Positions 48,769 to 58,070 of a DNA stretch of 64,000 bases are shown one piece after another. Source of the stretch: an uncultured Verrucomicrobiae bacterium (GTDB taxonomy: Bacteria; Verrucomicrobiota; Verrucomicrobiia; Opitutales; JABDGR01); the NCBI GenBank assembly GCA_963765205.1, contig CAVXVB010000005.1, positions 32,001 through 96,000 of the forward strand. The letters run 5' to 3'. The position numbers and the translations under genes are program-made. The notes beneath the pieces are model-generated. The model did no database searches. It had not been told where the DNA came from and saw nothing but the letters and a program-made list of their open reading frames with translations. Position 1 is the first letter of the stretch. Every line of letters begins with the position of its first letter.

Positions 48769-49512
48769 ATGCAAGGCAAAGATGCCATGGAAGAGAAACA
48801 AGCCGGATCGACAACGCTTGCCGAGTCGCTATCGTCATTCGGCAATACACTAAACCCGGAAGAACAAAGCGCACTGCGGAAAGTTTTGGCGGTTGCTATT
48901 CCAGAGCTTATTCCAAACAATGGTTCACTTCCGTCTGAGCTAGATGCTGCTGTTAAATTTGCAACTGTTTGTGAATGTCTGAGGTCTCTTCAGCCATTCT
49001 CTCGTCGGATTCCTGAAAATGGAATTGTCTTTCACGGTCGCCCGTCATGGCTTACTGATACATTGCTGAGTAAATTACAGATTGAAGCTGAGGAAACTCG
49101 GCCTTCCGCTATTGTACAACACGGCCATTTTCTAGGAAAAGGTGGTTTGCTAGCAGACCAACTTGCTTTTGATGAAGGGGTGCTCCAATGGGTAATCAGG
49201 TATGCCGGAACCTCAAAACCGACTGGCATTGCCAGCTACATTCATTATGAGCAGGAAGGAGATGGGCTATATCCCCATGTTGATACAGATATTTTCGCCA
49301 TTAACGTATTAGTGATGTTGAAACACGTATACCCATCTCATGGTCCAGTGTCTGAAACGTGCGTTTATCCAAATGGGAATCGGGTTGAGAAATACGATCT
49401 AAAACCAGGTGAGACGATCATGATGTTTGGCGGCAGCGTCGTCCATGCGCGCCTTCCGCTTCAAAAGGGCGAAATGGTTCGTATCGTAACATTTGGCTTT
49501 CAGCCGATGTGA
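48769..49512 (+). CDS. 2OG-Fe(II) oxygenase
   Basis: YPHVDT (HxD), LKPGE...F.G..VHAR.P. Confidence 0.78.
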   Translation: MQGKDAMEEKQAGSTTLAESLSSFGNTLNPEEQSALRKVLAVAIPELIPNNGSLPSELDAAVKFATVCECLRSLQPFSRRIPENGIVFHGRPSWLTDTLLSKLQIEAEETRPSAIVQHGHFLGKGGLLADQLAFDEGVLQWVIRYAGTSKPTGIASYIHYEQEGDGLYPHVDTDIFAINVLVMLKHVYPSHGPVSETCVYPNGNRVEKYDLKPGETIMMFGGSVVHARLPLQKGEMVRIVTFGFQPM

Positions 49513-49667
49513 AATATTATTTTGCTTGTGTGATGCAAAATGTTGCTGGTTCGCCTGAGAAGTCTTTCGACAATATAAACATTATGATCAATGCAGGGAA
49601 TCGCAACCGTTATGGCTGAGAATTCCCTTTGACTGGAAAATGCCCTTTCGATTACCTACGAATCACT

Positions 49668-49850
49668 ATGACAAAAAAATCCAGAAAACCACCTCAATCA
49701 GCGCGTGCCAAGGGCATGACGCAAATTTCCATTAGTCTTCCCGAGGGGCTTGTCGGGAAGATTGATGCGATGGCTGGCGCTGAAAATCGCAATCGCTCTA
49801 ATTTTATCGCCAATACGCTTCAAGCCTTGGCGACAAAATCGGGTGTGTAA
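49668..49850 (+). CDS. CopG/ribbon-helix-helix protein
   Basis: ISISLP..LV..ID..A..ENRNRS.FI. Confidence 0.8.
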   Translation: MTKKSRKPPQSARAKGMTQISISLPEGLVGKIDAMAGAENRNRSNFIANTLQALATKSGV

Positions 49851-49871
49851 TGCCGCTTTTGCGTGAGGCAG

Positions 49872-52800
49872 TTAGTGGTAGTTGTGCGATGCCTGTTCTG
49901 GCATTCCGTCGCTGGGCATCGCTGCGATTTTTTCGGCCATGACGTGAATTACTCCTTGCTCGTTTTGCAGTCGTCCGCTGATGATGAGTGCGGGCACTAG
50001 GTTGATAATCAAGCGGGCTTGTTCAAAAAGGGTTGGCCGCACGATGGCGTTGGCGTGCCCGGTTTCATCTTCTACAGTAATGAAGCAGAAGCCTTTCGCG
50101 GTGCCCGGCCTTTGCCGGGTGATAACTGCGCCCCCGATCTTTACCCGGCTTCCGGGGGGCAAGTTTTTCAAATCGGCGGCGGGGCATAGTCCATCCAGGC
50201 GGGAGCGAAGCAATTTCATCGGATGCGCTCCGGTGGTGAGTTCGGTGGTCGCGTAGTCCGCTTGCAATCGCTCTAAAAGGGACATGCGCTCAAGCGGAGA
50301 GAGTTCTTGCTCCTCGCCGGTCGCCGCTTGTTGGAAAAGCTCGTCCTCGGGGTGCATGGACTCGACATGCCAAAGCGCGGCTCGGCGATGTCCGGTCAAC
50401 GCATTAAGGGCGCCTGATGCTGCGAGCACCCGGCGCTCGTTGGGGTTAAAGGTCGTGCGCTGCAAAAAATCGGTGAGAGAAAGAAAAGGCCGGTCGCTGC
50501 GAGCGGCCAGTAATTTTTGCCGGGACCCGGCCTTCACTCCTTTCAATGAAATCAATCCGAGCCGGATAGTGTCGTCGCTTTCGACCTGGCATTTTTCGGC
50601 GGAAAGCTGGACGCAAACCGGCAAGGTGCGGATGCCGTGTCGTCGGGCGTCCTGCACTAAAGACGCGGGCGAGTAAAACCCCATCGGCTGATTATTGAGC
50701 AACGCGGCATAGAAGGCCGTTGGCCGATGCACCTTTAGCCAAGCCAAGGCGTAGGCGATTAGCGCAAACGAAATGGCATGGCTTTCGGGAAAGCCGTAGA
50801 GCGCGAATGACGCAAGCGATTTTAGAATGTATTCCACGGCTGGGTCGTTCACGTTGTTCTTCCTCAAAGCGTCGCCTAGCTTTGCCTTCACCCGGTCAAG
50901 GCGCTCCTGCGAGCGGGTAAAACCGATGGCACGCCGCAATTCGTCGGCCTCGGCTGCGCTAAAGCCGCCAAGCTCCATCGCCAGCCGCAAGATTTGCTCC
51001 TGAAATAAAACCACCCCGAGTGTGCGCTCAAGAATGGGCTTGGCGCGTTCGTCAGGATAGGTGACAGGTTCCTCGCCGGAACGCCGCCGCAAGTAGGGAT
51101 TCACGGCGTCGCCCTGGATTGGGCCGGGCCGGATGATTGCCACTTCAATCGCAAGGTCATAGAAGTTTTGCGGTTTCATGCGCGGCAGCGTGGACATCTG
51201 AGCGCGGCTTTCAATTTGGAACAGCCCGATGGTGTCGGCCTCCTGAATCAATTTGAACGTGGCCGGGTCGTCTTTGGGCAGCGCCGCCAAGTCCACCGGC
51301 TGGCCCCGCTGGGCACAGATTTCCAAGGAGTCCTGCAATGCGGCCATCATACCCAGCCCGAGCAAGTCCACTTTGATGATGCCCATATCCTCGCAATCGT
51401 TTTTATCCCATTGCAAAACGGAACGGCCCGGCATCCTCGCGTTTTCCAAAGGGACAAATTGGTCGAGGTTGCCCGCGCTCAAAACCATCCCTCCCGAGTG
51501 TTGACCCAGGTGGCGCGGAAGTTTATAAACTTGTCGGCACGTATCGAGCAATGGCACAAGTTGCGGATAGTCCCGCGTGACTCCCGCCGCCCGCAACTGC
51601 TCCTTTAATTTCATTGTGTGGGGATAGTCGCCGCCATGAAAAAGGCTGGAAAAACGGTCAAGCACGTCGTCGGGCAAGTTGAACACCTTGCCCACTTCCC
51701 GCATGGTGCTGCGGCCCTGAAAGGTGATTACGTTGGCGGTCATGGCCGCGCCGCGCCGGCCATAACGCCGATAGACTTCCTGAATCACGGCCTCGCGTGG
51801 ATCGCCGCTGGGCAAATCGAGGTCAATGTCGGGCCAGTCCGTCCGGCCTTCCGAAAGAAACCGCTCAAAGAGCAACTTGCTGCCGATGGGGTCAACGGCG
51901 GTGATTCCAAGCGCATAGCAGACGGCGGAATTCGCGGCACTGCCCCGGCCCTGCACAAGGTAGCCGCGCTCACGGGCAAAGGCGCAAATGTCCCACACAA
52001 TGAGAAAATAGCCCGAAAACCCCAACTTGGTAATGAGGTTTAATTCGCGTTCTAGCTGCTTCCGCACGTCGCCTCCAACGCTGCCATAACGCTGTTGCGC
52101 TCCGAAATAGGTCATCTTGCGAAGAAAAGTATCCTGCGATTCCCCGGCTGGCGCGGCGAAGTCAGGAAACCGATAGCCCAAATTGGTGAGCGTGAATTGA
52201 ATCCGCTCCGCGAGTCTTTCCGTGTTGGTAATCGCCTCCGGCAAATCAGCAAACAAAGCCGCCATCGCTTGCGGGCTTTTAAGATGTCGCTCGCTGTTTT
52301 GTGCCAGTCGTCGTCCGGCTTCGGTGAGGGTGGTATGTTCCCGCAAACAGGTGAGAACGTCGGCAACATGGCGAGCCTGTGGCGTGGCATGGAGCACGCC
52401 GTTGGTCGCGAGCAACGGCACGCCTGACGCCTGCGCCCAATCAATCAGGAATTCATTCTCGGCTTCCTCCTCGGGAATCAAGTGACGTTGGATTTCAGCA
52501 TAGAGCCGATTGAATCCGAAAACTTTCAAAAGCTTTGCTCCTTCCACCGCTGCGGCCTCGGTTCCTTGTTCACGCCAAGCTCGCCGGACCGGGCCGTATT
52601 CATCGCCCGTCAGGGCGATCAATCCATCATGGTCTTCGGCCAATTCCTGCCAGGCAACGCGGCCTTCACCTTTGGGTGCTCGCAAATGCGCGGTCGTCAA
52701 TAGGTGGCACAATCGCCGATACCCGGTCTGAGTTTCCACCAATACGGGGATAACGCTTTCGTCCTCCATCGTGAGTTCGCAGCCGACAAGGGCGCGAACG

Positions 52801-52973
52801 CCCGCTTCTTTTCCTGCCATGTGTGCTCGCACGATGCCATAAACTCCGTCGCGGTCGCAAAGCGCAACGGCGGGCAATTCCTGGCGGGCAGCCTCAACCA
52901 TAAGCGATTCGGGAAGCGAGCCGCCGCGTAAGAAAGAGAACGCGCTTCGCGCATGGAGTTCCGCGTAGGCCAT
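49872..52973 (-). CDS. dnaE2: Error-prone DNA polymerase DnaE2 (ImuC)
   Basis: YAELH.RS.FSFL, GRGSAANS, PDIDLD, QHSGG, YGFPESHA, RQRPGTAKG, C-terminal SHNYH. Confidence 0.95.
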   Translation of the reverse strand: MAYAELHARSAFSFLRGGSLPESLMVEAARQELPAVALCDRDGVYGIVRAHMAGKEAGVRALVGCELTMEDESVIPVLVETQTGYRRLCHLLTTAHLRAPKGEGRVAWQELAEDHDGLIALTGDEYGPVRRAWREQGTEAAAVEGAKLLKVFGFNRLYAEIQRHLIPEEEAENEFLIDWAQASGVPLLATNGVLHATPQARHVADVLTCLREHTTLTEAGRRLAQNSERHLKSPQAMAALFADLPEAITNTERLAERIQFTLTNLGYRFPDFAAPAGESQDTFLRKMTYFGAQQRYGSVGGDVRKQLERELNLITKLGFSGYFLIVWDICAFARERGYLVQGRGSAANSAVCYALGITAVDPIGSKLLFERFLSEGRTDWPDIDLDLPSGDPREAVIQEVYRRYGRRGAAMTANVITFQGRSTMREVGKVFNLPDDVLDRFSSLFHGGDYPHTMKLKEQLRAAGVTRDYPQLVPLLDTCRQVYKLPRHLGQHSGGMVLSAGNLDQFVPLENARMPGRSVLQWDKNDCEDMGIIKVDLLGLGMMAALQDSLEICAQRGQPVDLAALPKDDPATFKLIQEADTIGLFQIESRAQMSTLPRMKPQNFYDLAIEVAIIRPGPIQGDAVNPYLRRRSGEEPVTYPDERAKPILERTLGVVLFQEQILRLAMELGGFSAAEADELRRAIGFTRSQERLDRVKAKLGDALRKNNVNDPAVEYILKSLASFALYGFPESHAISFALIAYALAWLKVHRPTAFYAALLNNQPMGFYSPASLVQDARRHGIRTLPVCVQLSAEKCQVESDDTIRLGLISLKGVKAGSRQKLLAARSDRPFLSLTDFLQRTTFNPNERRVLAASGALNALTGHRRAALWHVESMHPEDELFQQAATGEEQELSPLERMSLLERLQADYATTELTTGAHPMKLLRSRLDGLCPAADLKNLPPGSRVKIGGAVITRQRPGTAKGFCFITVEDETGHANAIVRPTLFEQARLIINLVPALIISGRLQNEQGVIHVMAEKIAAMPSDGMPEQASHNYH

Positions 52974-54424
52974 TAGTCCAAGACTCCCTCCACGCGCCAG
53001 CCGTCGTCGGAGTGCGTGAGTTGATATACGCCGCCTTCGCTGAGTTCGACGTGCCAGGTTTCGACTGCCCAGGCTTTGGGCCTCCACCATTCGCCCGATA
53101 CACGCCATGGCCCCGCCACGGCGCAAATCGCGCCGCGAATTTGTGTGCTGTCAATCGTCGCGGGGCGCTCTCCGGCCAATTCTACATGAATGGGCCAAGG
53201 TGGGCGAAAGCGGCGCAACCGCAAACCGCGCGGCGGATGTATCGGCGGCTCGGCGGGTGCGGGCACAAGCTCGGTCGGTTTGACCAAAATAAAGGCATCG
53301 GGTTTGTGTGTGTCGGCGATAACCGGGGTGCCGACACGTCCTTCTCCAACAATCGCACTGACTCGCGCAAGATTTTCCCAAAAAGCGGCGGGGTCGCGCA
53401 AACCGGTGTCGAATAGACCGCCTTGTTTCTCCGGTGCGCGGATGGGCTTTGCAACCAAGCGCACTCGGGCAACTCGCGCAGCCGTCCGCACAGTTTCCAA
53501 GTGCGAATTCAAGACTCGCAACCACGAATCCAAATCCGTGTTTGCTTCCGGCAATCGAAAATTCCGGCGATAGTCGGTCTCGTCCTCAAGAAACAAAGTC
53601 ATGGTGAGTTCTTCGGCGACAAGCTGCGCGGCCCGCAACTCCAGGGTGATGCGTTCGGCAAAAGCCCGCAATCGAAAGAAAAGCGGCTCAATGGATTCGA
53701 CGGGTGGTTCGTATTCCCATTCGGCTTCAAACGTCTGTGACGGTTCAACGAGCCGGAGCACGCTTGTTGTTTCACCTGCGGCGCGTTCCCAAAGCGTCAC
53801 GCCTTCGGTGCCAAGTCGCTGTGCGATGTCCGCCTTGGATAACGCGGTCAGGTCGCCAAGCGTTCGGATACCCCAGCCGGAAAGAATTTCGGCTTGGGTT
53901 GGTGTCGGGGCGGCGAAAGTCAACGGCAACGGGGCGAGAAAATTTCTGGTGTCGGTGACGATCAACAATGGCTCGGCGCAATGGGCGGCAATGTTGGCGA
54001 GCAAAGGCGTCGCGGCTGCGCCGATGCGAGCGGGAAGACCCACCTTGGTGAGTTCCCGGATGCAAAGCCGCATTTGAGTTTCCGTTTTCACGGCGTCTGC
54101 ACCCTGCAAATCCACTGTGCAACACCCTCCGGCAGTAGTCTCGACGCGCGGCGAAAGGCTAAAGGAGGTGGCAATCAAGATGCGTTGTGCCTCGACTTCG
54201 GCGGTGGGGTCGCGCGGACGCAACACGATGCCTGGGCATTGCGCCATTGCCAAGGTGACTGCGAGGCCGGGCGTCACGCCTTTGGCTTCGGGTGATGTCT
54301 CGGCAATGGTCGCCTTACGGCCCTCGCCAGAGATCAACGCGGTGGCACGGCCTGCCAGCGTTGCGTCGTTCCGGCGCAAGGCGTGTAACCGGAAATCGGG
54401 AACCCAAAGAACGCAGAATTTCAT
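52973..54424 (-). CDS. imuB: ImuB, Y-family polymerase-like
   Basis: GV.PG...A.A.CP, WGIRTLGDL, GPWRVSGEWW, W.VEG.LD; TAATG coupled to dnaE2. Confidence 0.88.
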   Translation of the reverse strand: MKFCVLWVPDFRLHALRRNDATLAGRATALISGEGRKATIAETSPEAKGVTPGLAVTLAMAQCPGIVLRPRDPTAEVEAQRILIATSFSLSPRVETTAGGCCTVDLQGADAVKTETQMRLCIRELTKVGLPARIGAAATPLLANIAAHCAEPLLIVTDTRNFLAPLPLTFAAPTPTQAEILSGWGIRTLGDLTALSKADIAQRLGTEGVTLWERAAGETTSVLRLVEPSQTFEAEWEYEPPVESIEPLFFRLRAFAERITLELRAAQLVAEELTMTLFLEDETDYRRNFRLPEANTDLDSWLRVLNSHLETVRTAARVARVRLVAKPIRAPEKQGGLFDTGLRDPAAFWENLARVSAIVGEGRVGTPVIADTHKPDAFILVKPTELVPAPAEPPIHPPRGLRLRRFRPPWPIHVELAGERPATIDSTQIRGAICAVAGPWRVSGEWWRPKAWAVETWHVELSEGGVYQLTHSDDGWRVEGVLD

Positions 54425-55074
54425 ACGGCCCTTTCCATCGCTTCGCTGACATGGCCGCGCGCGATTTCAACGGTAAGGTTGGCAGCAAGCTGCTCTTGGG
54501 ACATGCGCTTCGTCGCAAGTCCGTGTGAAGTGGACAAAACCAGCCGCCAAGATACGGCGGGCACAAGGGGGCATGGGCTTAGCACGAGCACTGCCGGGGC
54601 CGCGTGTTCAATCACGCGATGCAAACGATGCCAGGTGGTGCCGGGCTGATTCCTGAGCACCTTCTCGGCAACCCCGCGCAAATCAATCACGACGGCGGCA
54701 TAGTTGCCGTCGCGCACTAGCACGTCACCTGATGCAAGTGCATCCGCGAAGGCACGGCAACGCACCCAAACAAGGTGCCGCAAGGCGTCGGGGGAAATCG
54801 CGTGGGGCGCGAAGCCGTCTGCTGCATCTATCAAGGCAATCCTTTGCCGGGCCGTGCGTGTGGTCTCAAGGAATCGGGCTAGGACAAGCTGCCCGCCGCT
54901 GCTTGGGGCCGTTGAAACCAACTCTGTGAGTTGGCTGGCGGGGAGGCCGTCGCCTAGCGCCTCGTCAATGGCCGGCACTCCGGTTGGCACGCCGACGCCC
55001 TGCCGCCGCGCTTTTTGGGGAAACCGGGCGGCCACAAGCGACCGCAACGCGGCCATGGTGGCGGGTGGTGACAT
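54421..55074 (-). CDS. imuA: ImuA, RecA-like
   Basis: PTGVPAIDEALGDGLP..LTEL, ALID.ADGF.P; first gene of the cassette. Confidence 0.8.
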   Translation of the reverse strand: MSPPATMAALRSLVAARFPQKARRQGVGVPTGVPAIDEALGDGLPASQLTELVSTAPSSGGQLVLARFLETTRTARQRIALIDAADGFAPHAISPDALRHLVWVRCRAFADALASGDVLVRDGNYAAVVIDLRGVAEKVLRNQPGTTWHRLHRVIEHAAPAVLVLSPCPLVPAVSWRLVLSTSHGLATKRMSQEQLAANLTVEIARGHVSEAMERAV

Positions 55075-55131
55075 GGCTGCTGGCGTCTTGCATCGGTTTG
55101 AATGCGGGCGGACTGGCCCCATTCCGTCAAT

Positions 55132-55151
55132 AAGTGCTCAAATGAGCACTT
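55132..55151. promoter_or_regulatory. Palindrome upstream of imuA, LexA-box-like
   Basis: AAGTGCTCA-AA-TGAGCACTT, i.e. TGCTC-N4-GAGCA. Confidence 0.55.
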
Positions 55152-55368
55152 TTAGAATTCTTGGCAAGTCCCAAAAATGAAACCTCTATCGCGGGTCGGT
55201 CGTATCGCGTACAAGTTTGTCGAGGCGTATCTCCGAAACGTCTGAGGCTTTCTCTACTTTCCCGCCCTTTCAGATCGCCCCAAACCGATATACTACTCAC
55301 GAGTTGCTTCTATGGATTAGAAGATGCAACATCGACAACAAGTCGAAAAATGAAGCCAAAGGCATTAT

Positions 55369-57219
55369 ATGTGGTCAGATAACGAAACAAATAGGGATTT
55401 TCTGAATTTCAGAACAGTGGCCGACACTGCTGCTGAAATGATTCATCGAGCCAACGGGAAGCCTCTTTCGATGGGGATTTCTGGAGGGTGGGGGGTGGGA
55501 AAGTCATCCATGGTGAAGCTGATCCGAGAATCCCTTTCAGAGCGATTTGGTGAAAAATTTGTCTTTGTTGAATTTAACGCGTGGCTCTATCAAGGCTACG
55601 ATGATGCAAAAGCGGCGCTCTTGGAAGTGATCGCTGATAGTTTGTTGGAATATGGAGAAAAGCATCAGAAGGGCATCGATCAAGCTCTCGGGTTTTTAGC
55701 GAGAATAAATTGGGTGCGTGCTGCTGGGTTTACCGCGCGAGTCACCGCGGCGGTAAAAACTGCCGGTGTTTCCGAGGTCGCCATTCGGTCTGCAATGAAG
55801 GCAGCAAGTCATGGAGAAATCAGCCAGGAAGAAATTGAAACCGTTGAGAGTAAAGGAAAGGACATAGCTGATTCGGCTAAAGGACTTTTGCGCCCAAAGA
55901 AGACTGAAACACCCCCAAAGGCAATTCAAGGCTTGCGTGATCATTTTGCGAGTCTTCTTAAGGAAATGGATGTAACCTTGGTTGTTTTTGTGGATGATTT
56001 GGACAGATGTCTTCCTGATACGGCAATTTCGACGCTCGAAGCCATGCGGCTGTTTCTTTTTATGGATAGGACTGCGTTCGTCATCGCGGCGGACGAAAAG
56101 ATGATAAGACAGGCTGTCAAAGCGCATTTTAAAGAGACTGACTTAGACGATGAACTTGTTACGAATTATTTCGACAAATTGATTCAAGTTCCCATTCGAG
56201 TACCGCCACTCGGAACGCAGGAAGTCCGGGCATATTTATTCCTGCTGTTCATTGAAGATAGCAATATACCTCAACATATAAAGGACGAGGCCAGGAAAAG
56301 CATTTGCAAACAGCTTGGCGAGACCTGGCTCGGGAAAAGAGTAGAGCGAAATTTTGTCGCATCACTAATTCCGGGATGTCCGGCACAATTATTGTCTCAA
56401 TTTGAGTTGTGTGACAGAATTGCCCCACTGATGACTTCGGCACCACAGATTCGCGGGAATCCACGGTTGATAAAGCGTTTTTTGAATACTCTTTATATTC
56501 GTCTTTCGACCGCTTCGGCACAACAGGTTACAGTGGATGAAGCCGCACTTGCGAAGATGCTTCTTTTCGAGCGCTGCGGTAAGGAAGCCGCCCACGCGCG
56601 TCTTCTCAAATACATAAACGAACACGATGACGGAAAGCCTGCATTTTTGAAGCCGTGGGAAGAGGCGGCAACAAAGGGTGAAGAGATTCCATCATTGGCT
56701 CCTGAATGGAGTGGAGATTTTGAGCGAGACTGGCTGGCGTTGTCGCCAATGTTGAATGATTTAGATCTAAGAGCCGTGGTTTATGTGAGTCGAGAGCACA
56801 TGCCAATAATTACAAGGGCCGATCAGTTGTCCGTCGATGCGGCAAAGCTACTTGAAGCGTTGTTAACGCTTAAACACGCCGCCGCCGTTGAATTGGTTAC
56901 ACAATTGAAGAGCGTTGGTAAACGCGATTTGACAATTATGATGGAAAGGCTACTGGTTCGGGCCAAACAAGTCCACGAATGGGGCACTCCACCTATTCTG
57001 CACGCTTGTTTGGCTGTGGTTGCGGCAGAAGATAGCCTCGCGGATAACCTAACCCGTTTTCTTGCCCTACTTCCTCCAAGCCAAATTCGGACTCCAATCA
57101 TCCCACTTTTGAAAGATAAGCAATGGTCTCAAGGTTTACTCGTCGGTTGGTCTAACCATGCTGAAACACAGAGCACCGTGAAAAAGGCGATTGTGGCAGA
57201 ACAGAAGGGAGCACGGTAA
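55369..57219 (+). CDS. qatA: QatA KAP-family P-loop NTPase
   Basis: MWSDNET, GGWGVGKSS, FNAWLY, VDDLDRC, YFDKLIQVP, NPRLIKRFLN; qat gene order. Confidence 0.92.
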   Translation: MWSDNETNRDFLNFRTVADTAAEMIHRANGKPLSMGISGGWGVGKSSMVKLIRESLSERFGEKFVFVEFNAWLYQGYDDAKAALLEVIADSLLEYGEKHQKGIDQALGFLARINWVRAAGFTARVTAAVKTAGVSEVAIRSAMKAASHGEISQEEIETVESKGKDIADSAKGLLRPKKTETPPKAIQGLRDHFASLLKEMDVTLVVFVDDLDRCLPDTAISTLEAMRLFLFMDRTAFVIAADEKMIRQAVKAHFKETDLDDELVTNYFDKLIQVPIRVPPLGTQEVRAYLFLLFIEDSNIPQHIKDEARKSICKQLGETWLGKRVERNFVASLIPGCPAQLLSQFELCDRIAPLMTSAPQIRGNPRLIKRFLNTLYIRLSTASAQQVTVDEAALAKMLLFERCGKEAAHARLLKYINEHDDGKPAFLKPWEEAATKGEEIPSLAPEWSGDFERDWLALSPMLNDLDLRAVVYVSREHMPIITRADQLSVDAAKLLEALLTLKHAAAVELVTQLKSVGKRDLTIMMERLLVRAKQVHEWGTPPILHACLAVVAAEDSLADNLTRFLALLPPSQIRTPIIPLLKDKQWSQGLLVGWSNHAETQSTVKKAIVAEQKGAR

Positions 57220-58070
57220 TGGGCACTCAAAGATCAAGCGACGGTCCGGGTGGCGGGGTTCCCTTGATTCCTTCTTGGGTGCAACCGGTGAGTGTGCCGG
57301 CAGAACCGGTCGTTGTTCAACCTGGTGAAAGCAACGGCGATATGACGCCAGAACAAAGTCAGCCGCCCGGTCAGTCTCCCGTTGCATCTATTCTCGCTCC
57401 ACCTGCACGGTTTAAGGCTGCTCGAACAAGTCTCGGGAGATTTGCAAATTCCGGGTATCGTCAGGACCTAAAATCAGGACTTGGGCATTATGTTCGGACT
57501 GGATTGGGTGGCGCAGTCCAAGGAGCTAGACGAATGGGTGGAACTGCAAGTGTCGCGGGAAAACTTTATGGTGGCCTGGAAGGCTTCCGCGCAGGCGAAG
57601 CTCGCCCGGCTGAACTTGGTCTCGACAAAGCTGCATTATCAGGAAAGCCCGCTCGGGAGGTCGGCGACCGCATAATCGATTCAGTTTGCCCTGTGGATGG
57701 AAGTCAGGACACAGAAGCGCGGAGAGATTCGCTCTCCCGCTCAATATCGGAACTTGCCGAGCAGTTTCCGAACCTGGATTTAACTGCGCTAACTCCAGAA
57801 CAGATCGACCTTCTCTTGGAACGTTTCGTGGCTTTTGACCTCTGCCATAGAATCGAATTGGATGTTGGGAAAGCAATTTTCTCAAAAGCTGCAAACCCCG
57901 CAATTGCCGTAAAGCGGATAGAGGAAATGCGCCAATATGTCAGAGAAAAAATATCCGCATTCTTTCGCGCAAAGGGAAAGCAGGGGCAAGGTCTGACGCG
58001 AAGTGCCGCCGCCGTTCTTACGGCTGGAGTAATTCAGGACACCTTGGCAGTCTTTGAGGGCTACGTGTGA
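57219..58070 (+). CDS. qatB: QatB
   Basis: MGT..S..GP...PL.P.W, RF..AR; between qatA and qatC. Confidence 0.85.
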   Translation: MGTQRSSDGPGGGVPLIPSWVQPVSVPAEPVVVQPGESNGDMTPEQSQPPGQSPVASILAPPARFKAARTSLGRFANSGYRQDLKSGLGHYVRTGLGGAVQGARRMGGTASVAGKLYGGLEGFRAGEARPAELGLDKAALSGKPAREVGDRIIDSVCPVDGSQDTEARRDSLSRSISELAEQFPNLDLTALTPEQIDLLLERFVAFDLCHRIELDVGKAIFSKAANPAIAVKRIEEMRQYVREKISAFFRAKGKQGQGLTRSAAAVLTAGVIQDTLAVFEGYV

